64,000 bases of DNA from Alphaproteobacteria bacterium (GCA_038131935.1 JAYPQH010000001.1:35545-99544); one strand, 5' to 3'. Counted from the stretch's first letter, positions 1 to 10,478 are shown. Notes: a model not told the origin generated them from the sequence alone. Made by a program: numbers and translations.

Positions 1-1137
1 TTTATGAACTGCCATGGCCTCCGCACGACCATAAGCACCAGGTGCGATATCTTCCGCAATCATACGGGTTCTATCATCCAAAAGGGGCCCATAAATGAAT
101 CCAGCCCAAATATCCAATACATCCATCAAATCTTTGGATATATTATCAAAGCCCCAAGCCTTGTAAGCTTCTGCTCTTTGTTCTGATCGATTCTCACGAA
201 ACCCTTCGTAAAGTGTGATAACAGCATCAATGAATTCTGGCTCAAAAACCCTTACACACCCAAAGTCCAACAAATTCAGCTGCCCATCTTTGTTGATTGT
301 ATAATTTCCTGGATGTGGATCCCCATGGATAACGGCATATCCTACAAGCGGATGCCACCATGCGGAAAACAATTGCCCCGCCAAGTGATCAATTTGCTCT
401 GCGCTCTGCTTTGCCATTTGCTCATCAGAGAATATCTTTTCGCCTTCACACCATGTCATGGTTAATAATCTTGATGTGCTCAATTCTGCAAGAGGTTGAG
501 GCACCGAGATGTCCAAATGTGCAAGCATTTTTGCATAGGCTGCCATCAATTTTGCTTCACGGATATAATCAAGCTCCTCACGCAATCTTGCAGCCAACTC
601 TTCTCTGATCGCGCTGGTGTCGATGACACCATCAACACGCCGCATAATCCCCAGGACAACATCCAATTGAGCAAGATCTGCCTCAACAGCTGAATCCATG
701 TCTGGATATTGTAGTTTCACCGCAACATGTTCTCCATCAGAAGTTGTGGCTTCATGGACTTGCCCTAAGGACGCTGCAAAACTTGCCACTGGTGAAAAGT
801 TCTGAAACCGATCACGCCAGTGCTCGCCCAATTCAGCGCGCATCCTCCGCTCAACAAATCTCTTTCCCATGGAAGGGGCATGCGCTTGGAGTTGGCTCAT
901 AGCTTCCTGGAACGCTGGTGGCACAGCGTCGGGAATTGTTGCAAGAATTTGTGCAACTTTTACCAAGGGACCGCGAAGTTCTCCTAAGGTTGCCACCAAC
1001 TGTTGGGCCAATTGATCATTGACCAACCCACGACCACGGATAACTGAGCCAGTTGCTTGCAAGGTAAAGCCTGCCGCGCGACCACCAACTTGGCCATATC
1101 TTCGCAACCGTTTCGACAGCTTGTTTTCTTCGCCCAA
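1..1137 (-). CDS. ABC1/AarF/UbiB atypical kinase family protein (3' end runs off window)
   Basis: Not in ORF track; manual minus-strand translation from TTG at 1137 gives LGELRGPLVKVAQILATIPD and AWWHPLVGYAVIHGDPHPGNY, typical ABC1 motifs. Confidence 0.85.
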   Translation of the reverse strand, partial: MGEENKLSKRLRRYGQVGGRAAGFTLQATGSVIRGRGLVNDQLAQQLVATLGELRGPLVKVAQILATIPDAVPPAFQEAMSQLQAHAPSMGKRFVERRMRAELGEHWRDRFQNFSPVASFAASLGQVHEATTSDGEHVAVKLQYPDMDSAVEADLAQLDVVLGIMRRVDGVIDTSAIREELAARLREELDYIREAKLMAAYAKMLAHLDISVPQPLAELSTSRLLTMTWCEGEKIFSDEQMAKQSAEQIDHLAGQLFSAWWHPLVGYAVIHGDPHPGNYTINKDGQLNLLDFGCVRVFEPEFIDAVITLYEGFRENRSEQRAEAYKAWGFDNISKDLMDVLDIWAGFIYGPLLDDRTRMIAEDIAPGAYGRAEAMAVHK

Positions 1138-1202
1138 TATAGCCCCCTAAAAACCTCAACACGTCAAATATCCACTCCGTGTGATAATGGAGCGGTGGCG
1201 TC

Positions 1203-1232
1203 AAAAAAAAAGCCCCGCTCTTAAGCGAGGCC
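1203..1232 (-). terminator. Rho-independent terminator after OmpA gene
   Basis: Minus strand GCCTCGC-TTAAGA-GCGGGGC followed by a T run. Confidence 0.8.
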
Positions 1233-1258
1233 CCTTTGTTATGATATTTATCTTGCGG

Positions 1259-2082
1259 TCACCTGAATTCGATAACCGCGCGGCGGTTACGTGGATTGGG
1301 AACATTATCTGGGGTAGGTTCTGCTAAGTCCCCCTCTCCTTCAGGGATAACAGCCACCACACGAACACCGGCTTTGCGCAGTGCATTCGCAACGGCCACA
1401 GCACGACGCTCAGATAGCCTGTCATTGTATGCAGCAGGGCCAGCTGTATCAGCATGACCATATACATTCACGCTATCTCCAGCATTCACGCTGGCTACGT
1501 TTTTGATGACCTGTTGGGCTTCCGCCGTCAGCTCTGAACGATCAAAGCCAAAATAAATGGTAAACTGACTGATGGCTGGGATGGCTGGTGCGCCACACGC
1601 TAAGAGTGCTTCTTCAAAGATGGCTTGATGCTTCGCACCATCCATATCTGGCCTTGTGAATGCTTCATCAACCATATGCCTATCAAACATGACCTGCGCG
1701 CGCGCGCACTCTTCAGGACGTAGATCTCTATTACCTACCAATGTATCCATTAATTTGCCACGTGCGTCTGAAATCAAGGCAATGCGCGCATTGTCGTCAT
1801 TGTTGGTTACATAATTGTGGTTGTTATCAAAGTACTCTGCGGTCCAAGGTTCAGGCGTGTTTCAAGAACTGCCAAGCGCCCCTTTTCTGCATAAAGTGCG
1901 GCCAAAGCCCAGTTCTCTTCCTGACTGGCAACCTTCGTCTCTTCTTGGTAAAATTTGGCAAGGTGAGCTTCGAAATTATCCCCTTTGATCACCTTAGAAA
2001 GAAATGGCTCGGCGGAAAATGTACCGCATCCAGCAAGACCCAAGATAGATACAAAACAAACTGAGCGCAAAAAGCTTCTCAT
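1259..2082 (-). CDS. OmpA-family lipoprotein with N-terminal helical domain; one gene split by a frameshift near 1862 (ORFs 1807..2109 and 1259..1777)
   Basis: Lipobox LAGC; frame switch restores ...KGRLAVL-NTPEPWTAEYFDNNHNYVTNNDDNARIALISDARGKL; C-terminal OmpA motifs IYFGFDRS, GHADTAG, LSERRA, NRR. Confidence 0.8.
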
Positions 2083-2098
2083 AGCCCAAATCTCCAAC

Positions 2099-2131
2099 AA
2101 AAAACCCAAAGACAGTAATTCTGTCTTTGGG
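2099..2131 (-). terminator. Rho-independent terminator between the two OmpA genes
   Basis: Minus strand CCCAAAGACAG-AATTA-CTGTCTTTGGG then TTTTTT. Confidence 0.75.
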
Positions 2132-2158
2132 CCATTTTCACAATAATGTCAAAAAAAA

Positions 2159-2593
2159 TTACCGATAATTGACAACCGCACGACGGTTCATACGGTTTTT
2201 CACATTGTCTTCCGTTTGAACGGCGAGATTGTATTCACCATCACCGATAACAGCGACCACTTTCACCCCAGCTTCACGTAAGGCGGAGGCTTCATTTTTG
2301 GCGCGTCGCTCAGATAAACCCATGTTGTACTTCTCTGGGCCAGCTGTATCCGTATTACCGTAAACATTCACAGAACGCCCATCAGCCTGGGAAACGATGT
2401 TATTGATTACCCGCTTAGAGTCTGCGTTCAATTGATCATCATCAAAAGCAAAGTAAACGGTGTAGCTGCTTATTTTGGCAATAGCAGGCTTTTCTTCAAC
2501 TTTCTTCTGCTCCGTGACAGGGGCAGGTTTTTCTGCACAGCTAGCGAGTCCAAATACAACACCAGCAACAGCGGCCTTTACAACAAAATTCAT
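2159..2593 (-). CDS. OmpA/Pal-like peptidoglycan-binding lipoprotein
   Basis: Start MNFVV after GGAG; lipobox LASC; YFAFD, GNTDTAG, LSERRA, NRR motifs. Confidence 0.85.
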   Translation of the reverse strand: MNFVVKAAVAGVVFGLASCAEKPAPVTEQKKVEEKPAIAKISSYTVYFAFDDDQLNADSKRVINNIVSQADGRSVNVYGNTDTAGPEKYNMGLSERRAKNEASALREAGVKVVAVIGDGEYNLAVQTEDNVKNRMNRRAVVNYR

Positions 2594-2765
2594 ATCAAAT
2601 CTCCAGAGTAAAATGATTGTGGGCCCTATAACATTCAAAGTATACCACGAAATTCCCTTAACACAAATTAGGGAAAGCTTTTCATAAATCCTGGGGGCTT
2701 ACCAACAACGTCAAGATTTGTTGTGTCAGATTTGTCACAGAACAAGCGAGCTGACATACCAAAAC

Positions 2766-3026
2766 TCACATATCGCCCAGTGCTTCAAGGTAAACGTCCA
2801 AAAGCTCCCGCTCTTCAGAACGCTCGTTTGGGTCTTTGGCCCGGTATTTGATGCATGCACGCAAGATTTTCGTATCAAACCCACGTCCTTTTGCCTCAGC
2901 GAACACCTCTTTAATATCTGTGGCCAGCTGGCGTTTTTCTTCTTCTAACCGTTCAATACGCTCCACAATTTGACGCAATTCAGCCCCAACAATGACGGGA
3001 CTTGATGTGATGTCATCCATTTTCAT
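2766..3026 (-). CDS. gapR: DUF2312/GapR nucleoid-associated protein
   Basis: [16 protein letters not shown]...[17 protein letters not shown]...YLEALG signature. Confidence 0.9.
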   Translation of the reverse strand: MKMDDITSSPVIVGAELRQIVERIERLEEEKRQLATDIKEVFAEAKGRGFDTKILRACIKYRAKDPNERSEERELLDVYLEALGDM

Positions 3027-3126
3027 TAATCCTTTTCGTTTGCCAAGCTATGTATAATCTCGTTTCAGATCACCCATTGCGAAGCTCCAAGCCTTTTATA
3101 GCCAAACTCTATATTCGTTATCTGTC

Positions 3127-3387
3127 TTATGAACGCTCTGTCTGATAAAGCTTTTTCCATTCGTCATATGCCATCCCATACACGCGCGTGCGGGCTTCTT
3201 CCTTATCTAAAGCCCCACCCAAAAGATGGTCCTCTTCCATATACCAACGGGATAAACAATTCCGACAAAAGCCAGCCAAATCCATCAAATCAATATTTTG
3301 AACATCTTTTCGCTCTTGCAAATGCGCAACCAGACGATCAAACGCAGCGGCCTTAGCTTTGATATCATGTTCATTTTGAGTACTCAT
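3127..3387 (-). CDS. DUF1244 family protein
   Basis: AAAFDRLVAHLQERKDVQNIDLMDLAGFCRNCLSRWY...VYGMAYDEWK; ATGA-coupled to upstream gene. Confidence 0.9.
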   Translation of the reverse strand: MSTQNEHDIKAKAAAFDRLVAHLQERKDVQNIDLMDLAGFCRNCLSRWYMEEDHLLGGALDKEEARTRVYGMAYDEWKKLYQTERS

Positions 3388-4124
3388 TTCACTTCTCCTT
3401 GGCGTGCCTGTTGCATCGTTGACAAGATGCTGTCGATATACCCTGTGAAGGTCTTTCGCCAAGCCCTATTTTGCAAAAGATCATTACGTATTTCTATCAA
3501 AACATGCTCATGCCTGCCCACGGCATGACGAGACATACAGTCCCCTGGCAAATCACCATGGTACGGCTCGTTAATGCCTGCAACAAAACCCTTCTCTCGC
3601 AGCATTGTTTCCACACCATACAGCCATGATGGTGGTGAGGCATGCAACAGACCAACTTCCGTAGGTCGCTTTTGGTCTCTCCAAAAGGGCGTAAAAGAAT
3701 GCAGTGATAGGATCAAACAATAGCCGTGTTTGGTCAAAATGCGCTCTATAAACTGAGCAACAGCTTGGTGATATGGCTCGTGCGCCCTGGCCAACCTATG
3801 TTTGATTTGTGCGTCATCAAGACCAACATTTCCCGGTATGATGCGCCTATCTGAAATAGCACTGATGACAGTGGGATCTTTCGGATCACGATTTAAATCG
3901 ACATAAAGTCTAGAATAACGCCCTGCCACAACGCTTACCCCAAGGTTTTCAGACCATTCGCACAAAGCCTCCATCACACCAGGGTCATAAGCAATATGGT
4001 CAAACAGGTCCTTTTCAGCCATACCAAGGGTACCAACGTCATCAGGCAATAAACGACCTGCATGATCACCCAACATCAACACGTAGGAATTTTCAGTGCG
4101 ATCAATGGTAGAAAATGATATCAT
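3384..4124 (-). CDS. N-formylglutamate amidohydrolase family
   Basis: DHA, HIAYDPG, SRLYVDLNR, SLHSFTP, NEPY, IEIRNDL; strong RBS GGAGGGAG. Confidence 0.88.
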   Translation of the reverse strand: MISFSTIDRTENSYVLMLGDHAGRLLPDDVGTLGMAEKDLFDHIAYDPGVMEALCEWSENLGVSVVAGRYSRLYVDLNRDPKDPTVISAISDRRIIPGNVGLDDAQIKHRLARAHEPYHQAVAQFIERILTKHGYCLILSLHSFTPFWRDQKRPTEVGLLHASPPSWLYGVETMLREKGFVAGINEPYHGDLPGDCMSRHAVGRHEHVLIEIRNDLLQNRAWRKTFTGYIDSILSTMQQARQGEVK

Positions 4125-5358
4125 AAAGCTCCCTCCACATCAGGATATTGCCTATCTTCAAGAATATATCGCCCCTATCATTGAGGCGTGCTCGGCCACC
4201 CATTACTTACCACCATTTCTCACCTCGTTTGAAGCAACACCTGTTGGCTTGATTGCTGTAGGCAAAGCGGCCGCAGATATGGCCCAGGTAGCTCAACGAT
4301 ATCTGACCTTGCCTCATGATGGCGTCTTGGTGGTTAAACATGGAACAGAAGTTCACGCAAACAAACTGACCACATGCTATGCAAACCATCCCATTCCTGA
4401 CAAGCATAGTGTGATAGCCGCTGAAACAATTTGCACTTATCTCCAGTCCCTGCCACTCGGCATGCCAGTTGTGTTTCTTTTGTCAGGTGGTGCTTCCAGC
4501 CTTTGCTGTTTGCCCATTAAAGGCATGTCCTTGGAAGAAAAATCGAAAATGATACAAGCCCTCATGTCACGAGGTGCAAATATCCATGAACTTAATGCGG
4601 TGCGACGAGCCTACTCTCAAATCAAAGGTGGAGGTTTGCTTAAATTTGCGCGCGGACCACTCCACACATTGGCACTAAGCGATGTCACCGGAGATGACCC
4701 AAAAGTTATTGGATCAGGACCAACAATCCCAATAACCGAAGAAGAACAATACATGCAGGTCCTCAAAAAATTTGAGTTCACACCTGTTTGTACCCCTTCA
4801 ATCACAATTTCACCCACATCCCCCCATCAGCATTCCTATCAGTTGGTGTTTAAGCCCAAAGAATTATTAGATTGGGTGGTTAAAAAACTTCAATCTCCAT
4901 CCATGGAGGTGCTGAATATTGGGGAAAAAGAGGAAGACAGCGCAGCCAATCTCGCCCGGCGTCATTGGGATTTAGCCTGCAAGCATTATAAAGGCGAACC
5001 CTTTGTTATGGTATCTGGTGGGGAAGCCACAACCATGATCAAAGGCGATGGAATCGGTGGTGCGAACAGAGAATATGTCCTTGAAATGATGCTCTGTGCA
5101 CAATCGGCACAAAAACCCTTTGAAGCGACCATTTTGGCGATGGACACCGATGGTGTCGATGGTGCGAACGACGTTGCAGGAGGTATTTTCAACAGTACAG
5201 AATTTCAAAAATATGCATTACACAATGAAGCTCAAGAAGCTTTAAACAAGAGTGCATCAGGGGATTTTTTGGCACGTTACGGGCGTGACATTGTAACCGG
5301 GCCAACAGGCACAAATCTCAATGATATCCGCCTGCTTCTGATACGTCCCACCATGTAA
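4105..5358 (+). CDS. Glycerate 2-kinase, type II (DUF4147/MOFRL, TtuD-like); start uncertain
   Basis: GKAA, HPIPD, SGGASSL, IKGGGL, SDVTGDD, IGSGPT, GGE, TDGVDG, TGPTGTNLND. Confidence 0.9.
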   Translation: MVENDIIKLPPHQDIAYLQEYIAPIIEACSATHYLPPFLTSFEATPVGLIAVGKAAADMAQVAQRYLTLPHDGVLVVKHGTEVHANKLTTCYANHPIPDKHSVIAAETICTYLQSLPLGMPVVFLLSGGASSLCCLPIKGMSLEEKSKMIQALMSRGANIHELNAVRRAYSQIKGGGLLKFARGPLHTLALSDVTGDDPKVIGSGPTIPITEEEQYMQVLKKFEFTPVCTPSITISPTSPHQHSYQLVFKPKELLDWVVKKLQSPSMEVLNIGEKEEDSAANLARRHWDLACKHYKGEPFVMVSGGEATTMIKGDGIGGANREYVLEMMLCAQSAQKPFEATILAMDTDGVDGANDVAGGIFNSTEFQKYALHNEAQEALNKSASGDFLARYGRDIVTGPTGTNLNDIRLLLIRPTM

Positions 5359-5368
5359 AAAACTGTAT

Positions 5369-6649
5369 TTAATGGCTTAAAGCCCTAAGACTTGGTGGAA
5401 TTTCTCCATGCAAGGCCCAATCAATCAACTGGATGATATGAACCGTTGGCATGCCCAATTCAGGAGCAAGATGGTTCATACAGCCCAAGTTAACACTCGC
5501 GAGTATTTGCGCATCCGTTTTAAGAATAGATTGTGCCTTGCGGTGACGCAATTGATGGGCAATTTCAGGTTGAAAGAGAGAATAGGTTCCCGCACTGCCA
5601 CAGCAAAGATGGCTGTCTGCGAAAGAACGCAGTTCAAAACCCGATCTACGTAATACCCTCTCACCAACACCTGAAAGACCCTGCCCATGTTGCATAGAAC
5701 AGGGTGGATGATAGGCAATAGGTTGTGAGGTAGGGGCTTCTGCCTCCCAAGTTTGATCCTGATCTAGCCATTGTGTGACTTCAAAACTATGCGCTGACAA
5801 CCATTTTGCTTCCTCCGCACAATCTTCATCTTCAAGCAAATGGGCATAGTCTTTTACCGTTGTTCCGCAGCCTGATGCGTTGATAATAACACCATCAACA
5901 CCAGCATCCATCCAAGCTTGAACATTCGCCCTCGCCAATTTCTTGGCTTGCTCTTCATCACCATTATGATGGTGCAAAGCACCGCAGCAGCCCGACGATT
6001 TGGGCATCACCACCTCATGCCCAAGACTGGTCAAAACCCGGATTGTGGCAGCGTGTATTTCGCCACCTAACGCAGCTGTGGCACAACCATGGAGCAAAGC
6101 CAAACGAGATTTTTTTTCACCTTGCGCTGGGTAAATGACTCCTCGAGCAGGCGCAACATCTGGAATTCTTGCGGGAACATGCTCCAACAAATTGCCAAGA
6201 AACCGCGGAAGAAAGGAATGGAATGCCCTGAAAGGCCTGGCCAGTCCTATGGCAACACGAAACAAATTGGGGCGGACCAAAAGCGCCAAAATACAACGTC
6301 TATAAAGACGCTCAAAAAAGGGCCGCTGGTGATGTTGATGGATATATGCCCTCGCATGATCTACCAGACGCATATAATCCACACCACTTGGGCATGTTGT
6401 CTTACAGCCGAGGCAAGACAAACAACGATCAATATGCTTTACAATCTTAGGCTCTGGTCGACCCCCCTTTTCCAACATATCTCGTATCATCCAAATACGA
6501 CCACGTGGCGAGTCTGCTTCATCACCCAAAACCTGAAATGTTGGGCAGGTTGCTGTACAAAATCCACAATGCACACAGCGACGCAAAACCTCCGCTGATT
6601 CTCGTATGGATTTTGTTTGGTATTGCTCTTCAGAAAACCGGGTTTGCAT
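5369..6649 (-). CDS. glcF: Glycolate oxidase iron-sulfur subunit
   Basis: CVHCGFCTATCPT and CLSCLGCKTTCPSGV 4Fe-4S motifs, two CCG domains. Confidence 0.93.
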   Translation of the reverse strand: MQTRFSEEQYQTKSIRESAEVLRRCVHCGFCTATCPTFQVLGDEADSPRGRIWMIRDMLEKGGRPEPKIVKHIDRCLSCLGCKTTCPSGVDYMRLVDHARAYIHQHHQRPFFERLYRRCILALLVRPNLFRVAIGLARPFRAFHSFLPRFLGNLLEHVPARIPDVAPARGVIYPAQGEKKSRLALLHGCATAALGGEIHAATIRVLTSLGHEVVMPKSSGCCGALHHHNGDEEQAKKLARANVQAWMDAGVDGVIINASGCGTTVKDYAHLLEDEDCAEEAKWLSAHSFEVTQWLDQDQTWEAEAPTSQPIAYHPPCSMQHGQGLSGVGERVLRRSGFELRSFADSHLCCGSAGTYSLFQPEIAHQLRHRKAQSILKTDAQILASVNLGCMNHLAPELGMPTVHIIQLIDWALHGEIPPSLRALSH

Positions 6650-6658
6650 GATGACTCT

Positions 6659-7873
6659 TCAATCAAAAAAGCGTTGTGGACAAAAAATTTCTTGGGGATC
6701 AAAAGCGTGGCGCATCCTATGCTCCAAATTTTTCACAGAAAGATCTGGCTCCTGTCGCCATCCAAACCGTTCTTTGAGATGATGGCCATCACGTACAATC
6801 ACAAATGATGCGGATAGCCCACCTATCACAGCCATCGCATCATGCCATTCAACCTCAGATTGGTCTCCCCATAGCCATGCCAAACCTCCAGCCCAATCAA
6901 AACTCACCTGAAGACCTTCAGGCAGTTGTTCTGCCAGCAACGTGGCGTCAGTAGGTTTAAGGTGCACCCTAAGAATAGTTTTGCCCATGTGGCCATGACG
7001 GATATGAGCATAATCATTCCAGAAACTTTGTGAGAGATGCTCCCGGATAATCGCAGATGGTTTATGCTCCAACCATTGTGCCATTCGCTCTAGACGCATA
7101 TCCAGCGCATTGGCCGCACCATCCATTCCCACAACAACCCACCAGCCACCATCCATGGGCTCAGGTGCAATATCCAAACTGGCTGGAAAAAATCCAAAGT
7201 AGCTTGCATCCAGAGGCGCGCGCCATGCTTTTCTAGCCAATGCAGCAGCCTCTTGGATGGTTGGCACTGAAAAAAACAAACTTGCTTCCGATTGTGGGCG
7301 AGGCAATGTTTTGACAACAAGTTCTGTCATAGCTGCAAGTGTGCCAAAACTTCCTGTCATCAATTTGGAGACGTCATAACCTGTCACGTTCTTCACAACA
7401 CGGCCGCCAGATTTAAAAACCTCACCACGGCCTGAAACCGCACGGAACCCCAGAACATGATCACGCACAGAGCCAGCCTTCAATCGACGAGAACCCGCAA
7501 GCCCAGAGGCAACAAGACCACCCATTGTTCCACCTTGCCCTTGTGCATCGAACAAATAATCAAGATCCAATGGCTCAAATGCCATCATTTGCCCTTGTTG
7601 GCGCAGCAGATCTTTAACTATTCTTACAGACGTACCAGGACGCAGCGCGACAAATAACTCTGCAGGCTCATAGGCAATCAAGCCATCAAGTTTTTGCATA
7701 TCTAGCAAAGCGTCAGGGTTAATACGGTTTGTATACCCCATCCATTGGCGCGAATTGCGCCCTTTTATGGCCATTTTTTTACCTGAGCCCAGAGCCCAAA
7801 CAACAGCCTCTTGCACATCTTTCTCATCTCTTGGATGGAACGTCTCTGCAGTTTGTAAAGTTGTCATCTTCAA
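6659..7873 (-). CDS. glcE: Glycolate oxidase FAD-binding subunit
   Basis: YEPAEL, GSVRDHVLG, SGGRVVKNVTGYDVSKLMTGSFGTL; lies between glcD and glcF. Confidence 0.92.
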   Translation of the reverse strand: MKMTTLQTAETFHPRDEKDVQEAVVWALGSGKKMAIKGRNSRQWMGYTNRINPDALLDMQKLDGLIAYEPAELFVALRPGTSVRIVKDLLRQQGQMMAFEPLDLDYLFDAQGQGGTMGGLVASGLAGSRRLKAGSVRDHVLGFRAVSGRGEVFKSGGRVVKNVTGYDVSKLMTGSFGTLAAMTELVVKTLPRPQSEASLFFSVPTIQEAAALARKAWRAPLDASYFGFFPASLDIAPEPMDGGWWVVVGMDGAANALDMRLERMAQWLEHKPSAIIREHLSQSFWNDYAHIRHGHMGKTILRVHLKPTDATLLAEQLPEGLQVSFDWAGGLAWLWGDQSEVEWHDAMAVIGGLSASFVIVRDGHHLKERFGWRQEPDLSVKNLEHRMRHAFDPQEIFCPQRFFD

Positions 7874-9366
7874 AACCTTGGCAAATCAGGTCTGGGTAAT
7901 TGGCCATGATGCACATGTACACGGCCCAACTCAGCACACCGATGCAATGTTGGGAATACTTTTCCGGGGTTTAGATTTTGATCTGGGTCAAATGCACATT
8001 TGATTCGCTGTTGCTGTTGGAGATCAATATCCGTGAACATCTCATGCATGAGGTCGCGTTTTTCAACACCTACACCATGCTCCCCTGTGAGGACACCACC
8101 AACTGACACGCATAGTTTCAGAATATCTCGCCCAAACAACTCTGCTTTTTCCATATCTCCAGGACGGTTGGCATCAAACAAAATCAGCGGATGCAGGTTC
8201 CCATCTCCAGCATGAAAAACATTAGCAACCCCTAAACCATGCTTATCCGCCAATTCTGATATCCCATTGAGAACTTTGGCCAAATGTTTGCGGGGAATCG
8301 TTCCATCCATACAGATATAATCTGGTGATATCCGCCCCACAGCAGGAAAAGCATTTTTTCGTCCTGCCCAATGGGCTTGTCGCTCCTCTTCGGTTTCGGA
8401 GACGGCAATACTTGTTGCACCGCAACGACGCGCAATTGCTGAGACATCGTCCAACAAAGCGTCAACTTCCTCACTTGTCCCGTCCAACTCAACAATGAGC
8501 ATGGCTTCCGCGTCTCGAGGATAACCTGCATGCACATAATCTTCAGCAGCGTTAATGGCAGGACGGTCCATCATTTCCATACCAGCAGGGATAATTCCTT
8601 GTGCAATAACTTCTGCCACACAAGCCCCCCCTGCTTCTACGCTGTCAAATGCAAGCAGAACAGACCGAGCACGCTCAGGTGATGGCAATAGGCGGACCGT
8701 TACTTCCGTGACAACCCCCAGCAATCCCTCAGAACCATTGATGATACCGAGCAAATCAAATCCAGGGGTATCAAGACTTCCTCCTCCACCTAGCCTTGTC
8801 ACCGTTCCATCCATCAAGACCAACTCAACGCTCAACACATTGTTTGTTGTAAGTCCGTATTTGAGGCAATGAACACCACCCGAATTTTCTGCAACGTTAC
8901 CCCCAATGGAACAGGCAATTTGTGAAGATGGGTCAGGTGCATAGTAAAAACCATCATCTTGGACAGCCCGTGTTATGGCAAGGTTGGTCACACCAGGCTG
9001 AACGATGGCCTGCTGGTTTTCATAATCCACATCAAGTATTTTATTGAATTTTGTCATGACCAATAAAATTGCATCTGCGGCAGGCAATGATCCGCCGGAC
9101 AATGAAGTACCAGATCCCCTAGGAACAACCTTCACACCCATTTTCTGGGCATATGACAAGACAGCGGATACCTCCTCCACGCAGGAAGGCAGGACTGCTA
9201 CCAAAGGCATCTGCGTGTAAAGCGTGAGTGCATCACAGGAATAAGGAGAGAGTGCCGCTTCATCATGGATAACAGAGGATGCGCCTAGAATTCCTTCCAA
9301 GTCACGAATGATCTGCAATCGTTGCGCAATAACCTGTGCATCTGGGGCGGGCATTTGTGTGAGCAT
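7870..9366 (-). CDS. glcD: Glycolate oxidase subunit
   Basis: PRGSGTSLSGG, YAPDPSSQIACSIGGNVAENSGGVHCLKYG, HAGDGNLHP, GEHGVG. Confidence 0.95.
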   Translation of the reverse strand: MLTQMPAPDAQVIAQRLQIIRDLEGILGASSVIHDEAALSPYSCDALTLYTQMPLVAVLPSCVEEVSAVLSYAQKMGVKVVPRGSGTSLSGGSLPAADAILLVMTKFNKILDVDYENQQAIVQPGVTNLAITRAVQDDGFYYAPDPSSQIACSIGGNVAENSGGVHCLKYGLTTNNVLSVELVLMDGTVTRLGGGGSLDTPGFDLLGIINGSEGLLGVVTEVTVRLLPSPERARSVLLAFDSVEAGGACVAEVIAQGIIPAGMEMMDRPAINAAEDYVHAGYPRDAEAMLIVELDGTSEEVDALLDDVSAIARRCGATSIAVSETEEERQAHWAGRKNAFPAVGRISPDYICMDGTIPRKHLAKVLNGISELADKHGLGVANVFHAGDGNLHPLILFDANRPGDMEKAELFGRDILKLCVSVGGVLTGEHGVGVEKRDLMHEMFTDIDLQQQQRIKCAFDPDQNLNPGKVFPTLHRCAELGRVHVHHGQLPRPDLPRF

Positions 9367-9440
9367 GGCGCAAGACCTTCCTTACATGTTGTTGCGCGAA
9401 CATAAGGGAGGCTAGGAAGCGACGCAAGGATGGTAAATTG

Positions 9441-10289
9441 TCATCCCCGCACGCGCCATCGATGATGAAGCCACAGCCATAAATGGGGCTCGCGACGCAC
9501 CCATGACTCGATTTGGTTTTGTAGCCACTGATGATGTTGTTTTTCATGAGCGCCATATACAGGCGCATTGACAAGAACGGTCCAGCGACCACGGGCAAGC
9601 GTAAGTCGGGCTAGGATAATGGGACAATCAAGAGATGCAGACATATGAATAGGACCGGGAGATGCCATAGCTGGCGCCCCCAAAAACTGAATGCGTTCAC
9701 CACGGCTATGATGTTGATCAGCTGTCATGAGAAGCTTATGGCCCTGCTTTACATAACGTATAGCCCCTAGACTTCCCGCACGTCTTTTGTTGAACACTGG
9801 GGCATGCGACTGAAGCAAACGGCGCTGAACTTCCTTTTCCACAAGTGGATTGTTGTATGATCTATACATCAAGCCAAGGCCTTGGTGTACGTTAGGCTGT
9901 GGTCGCCTCAACCATTCCATGGGGCCTATATGAGCGGTGATAACGAGCGCCCTTTTGTTTGCATCTGCCAATAAGGCAAGTGCATCTGGGTGACCCTCCC
10001 AAGTCAGTGCAACCGGACCTGGAGCAATCATCTGAGCAATGGCCTTACCCCAGAAACGCCAAACTGAATGACCAAAATCTTTATGATCGCCTAATGGCAC
10101 CTGTCCTGACGCCGACTTCACATTATCGAAAAGTCGACGTGAAGCAGGAACCAAAGGGCCTAAACGCTCTAGTATAAAAATGAATAGGGCTTCGCGCATC
10201 CATGATGGCAAAGCGATAAGAGCATCTACCAAAATCTTAAGCGGCAGATATGCGATCCAAGAGGCGATACCGGCCCGTTTGCCGGCCAT
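9441..10289 (-). CDS. Lipid A late acyltransferase (LpxL/HtrB family)
   Basis: TAHIGPME (HX4E), YRSYNNP, ADQ, PHLWLWLHHRW. Confidence 0.8.
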   Translation of the reverse strand: MAGKRAGIASWIAYLPLKILVDALIALPSWMREALFIFILERLGPLVPASRRLFDNVKSASGQVPLGDHKDFGHSVWRFWGKAIAQMIAPGPVALTWEGHPDALALLADANKRALVITAHIGPMEWLRRPQPNVHQGLGLMYRSYNNPLVEKEVQRRLLQSHAPVFNKRRAGSLGAIRYVKQGHKLLMTADQHHSRGERIQFLGAPAMASPGPIHMSASLDCPIILARLTLARGRWTVLVNAPVYGAHEKQHHQWLQNQIESWVRREPHLWLWLHHRWRVRG

Positions 10290-10292
10290 GTA

Positions 10293-10418
10293 TCAGCCTT
10301 GGCGTGCTTTGAAACGACGCTGTGTCTTGTTGATTACATACACCCTGCCACGACGACGCACGATACGATTTTCCCGGTGACGGTTTTTTAAAGATCGAAG
10401 CGAGTTTCTAATCTTCAT
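10293..10418 (-). CDS. rpmJ: 50S ribosomal protein L36, cysteine-free type B
   Basis: Manual translation [41 protein letters not shown] (41 aa, below ORF cutoff). Confidence 0.95.
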   Translation of the reverse strand: MKIRNSLRSLKNRHRENRIVRRRGRVYVINKTQRRFKARQG

Positions 10419-10478
10419 AACAATATCCTCTCTGAGCCTAACCGCTCAATCTACCCCAATGTTCATTCATACCAATAA

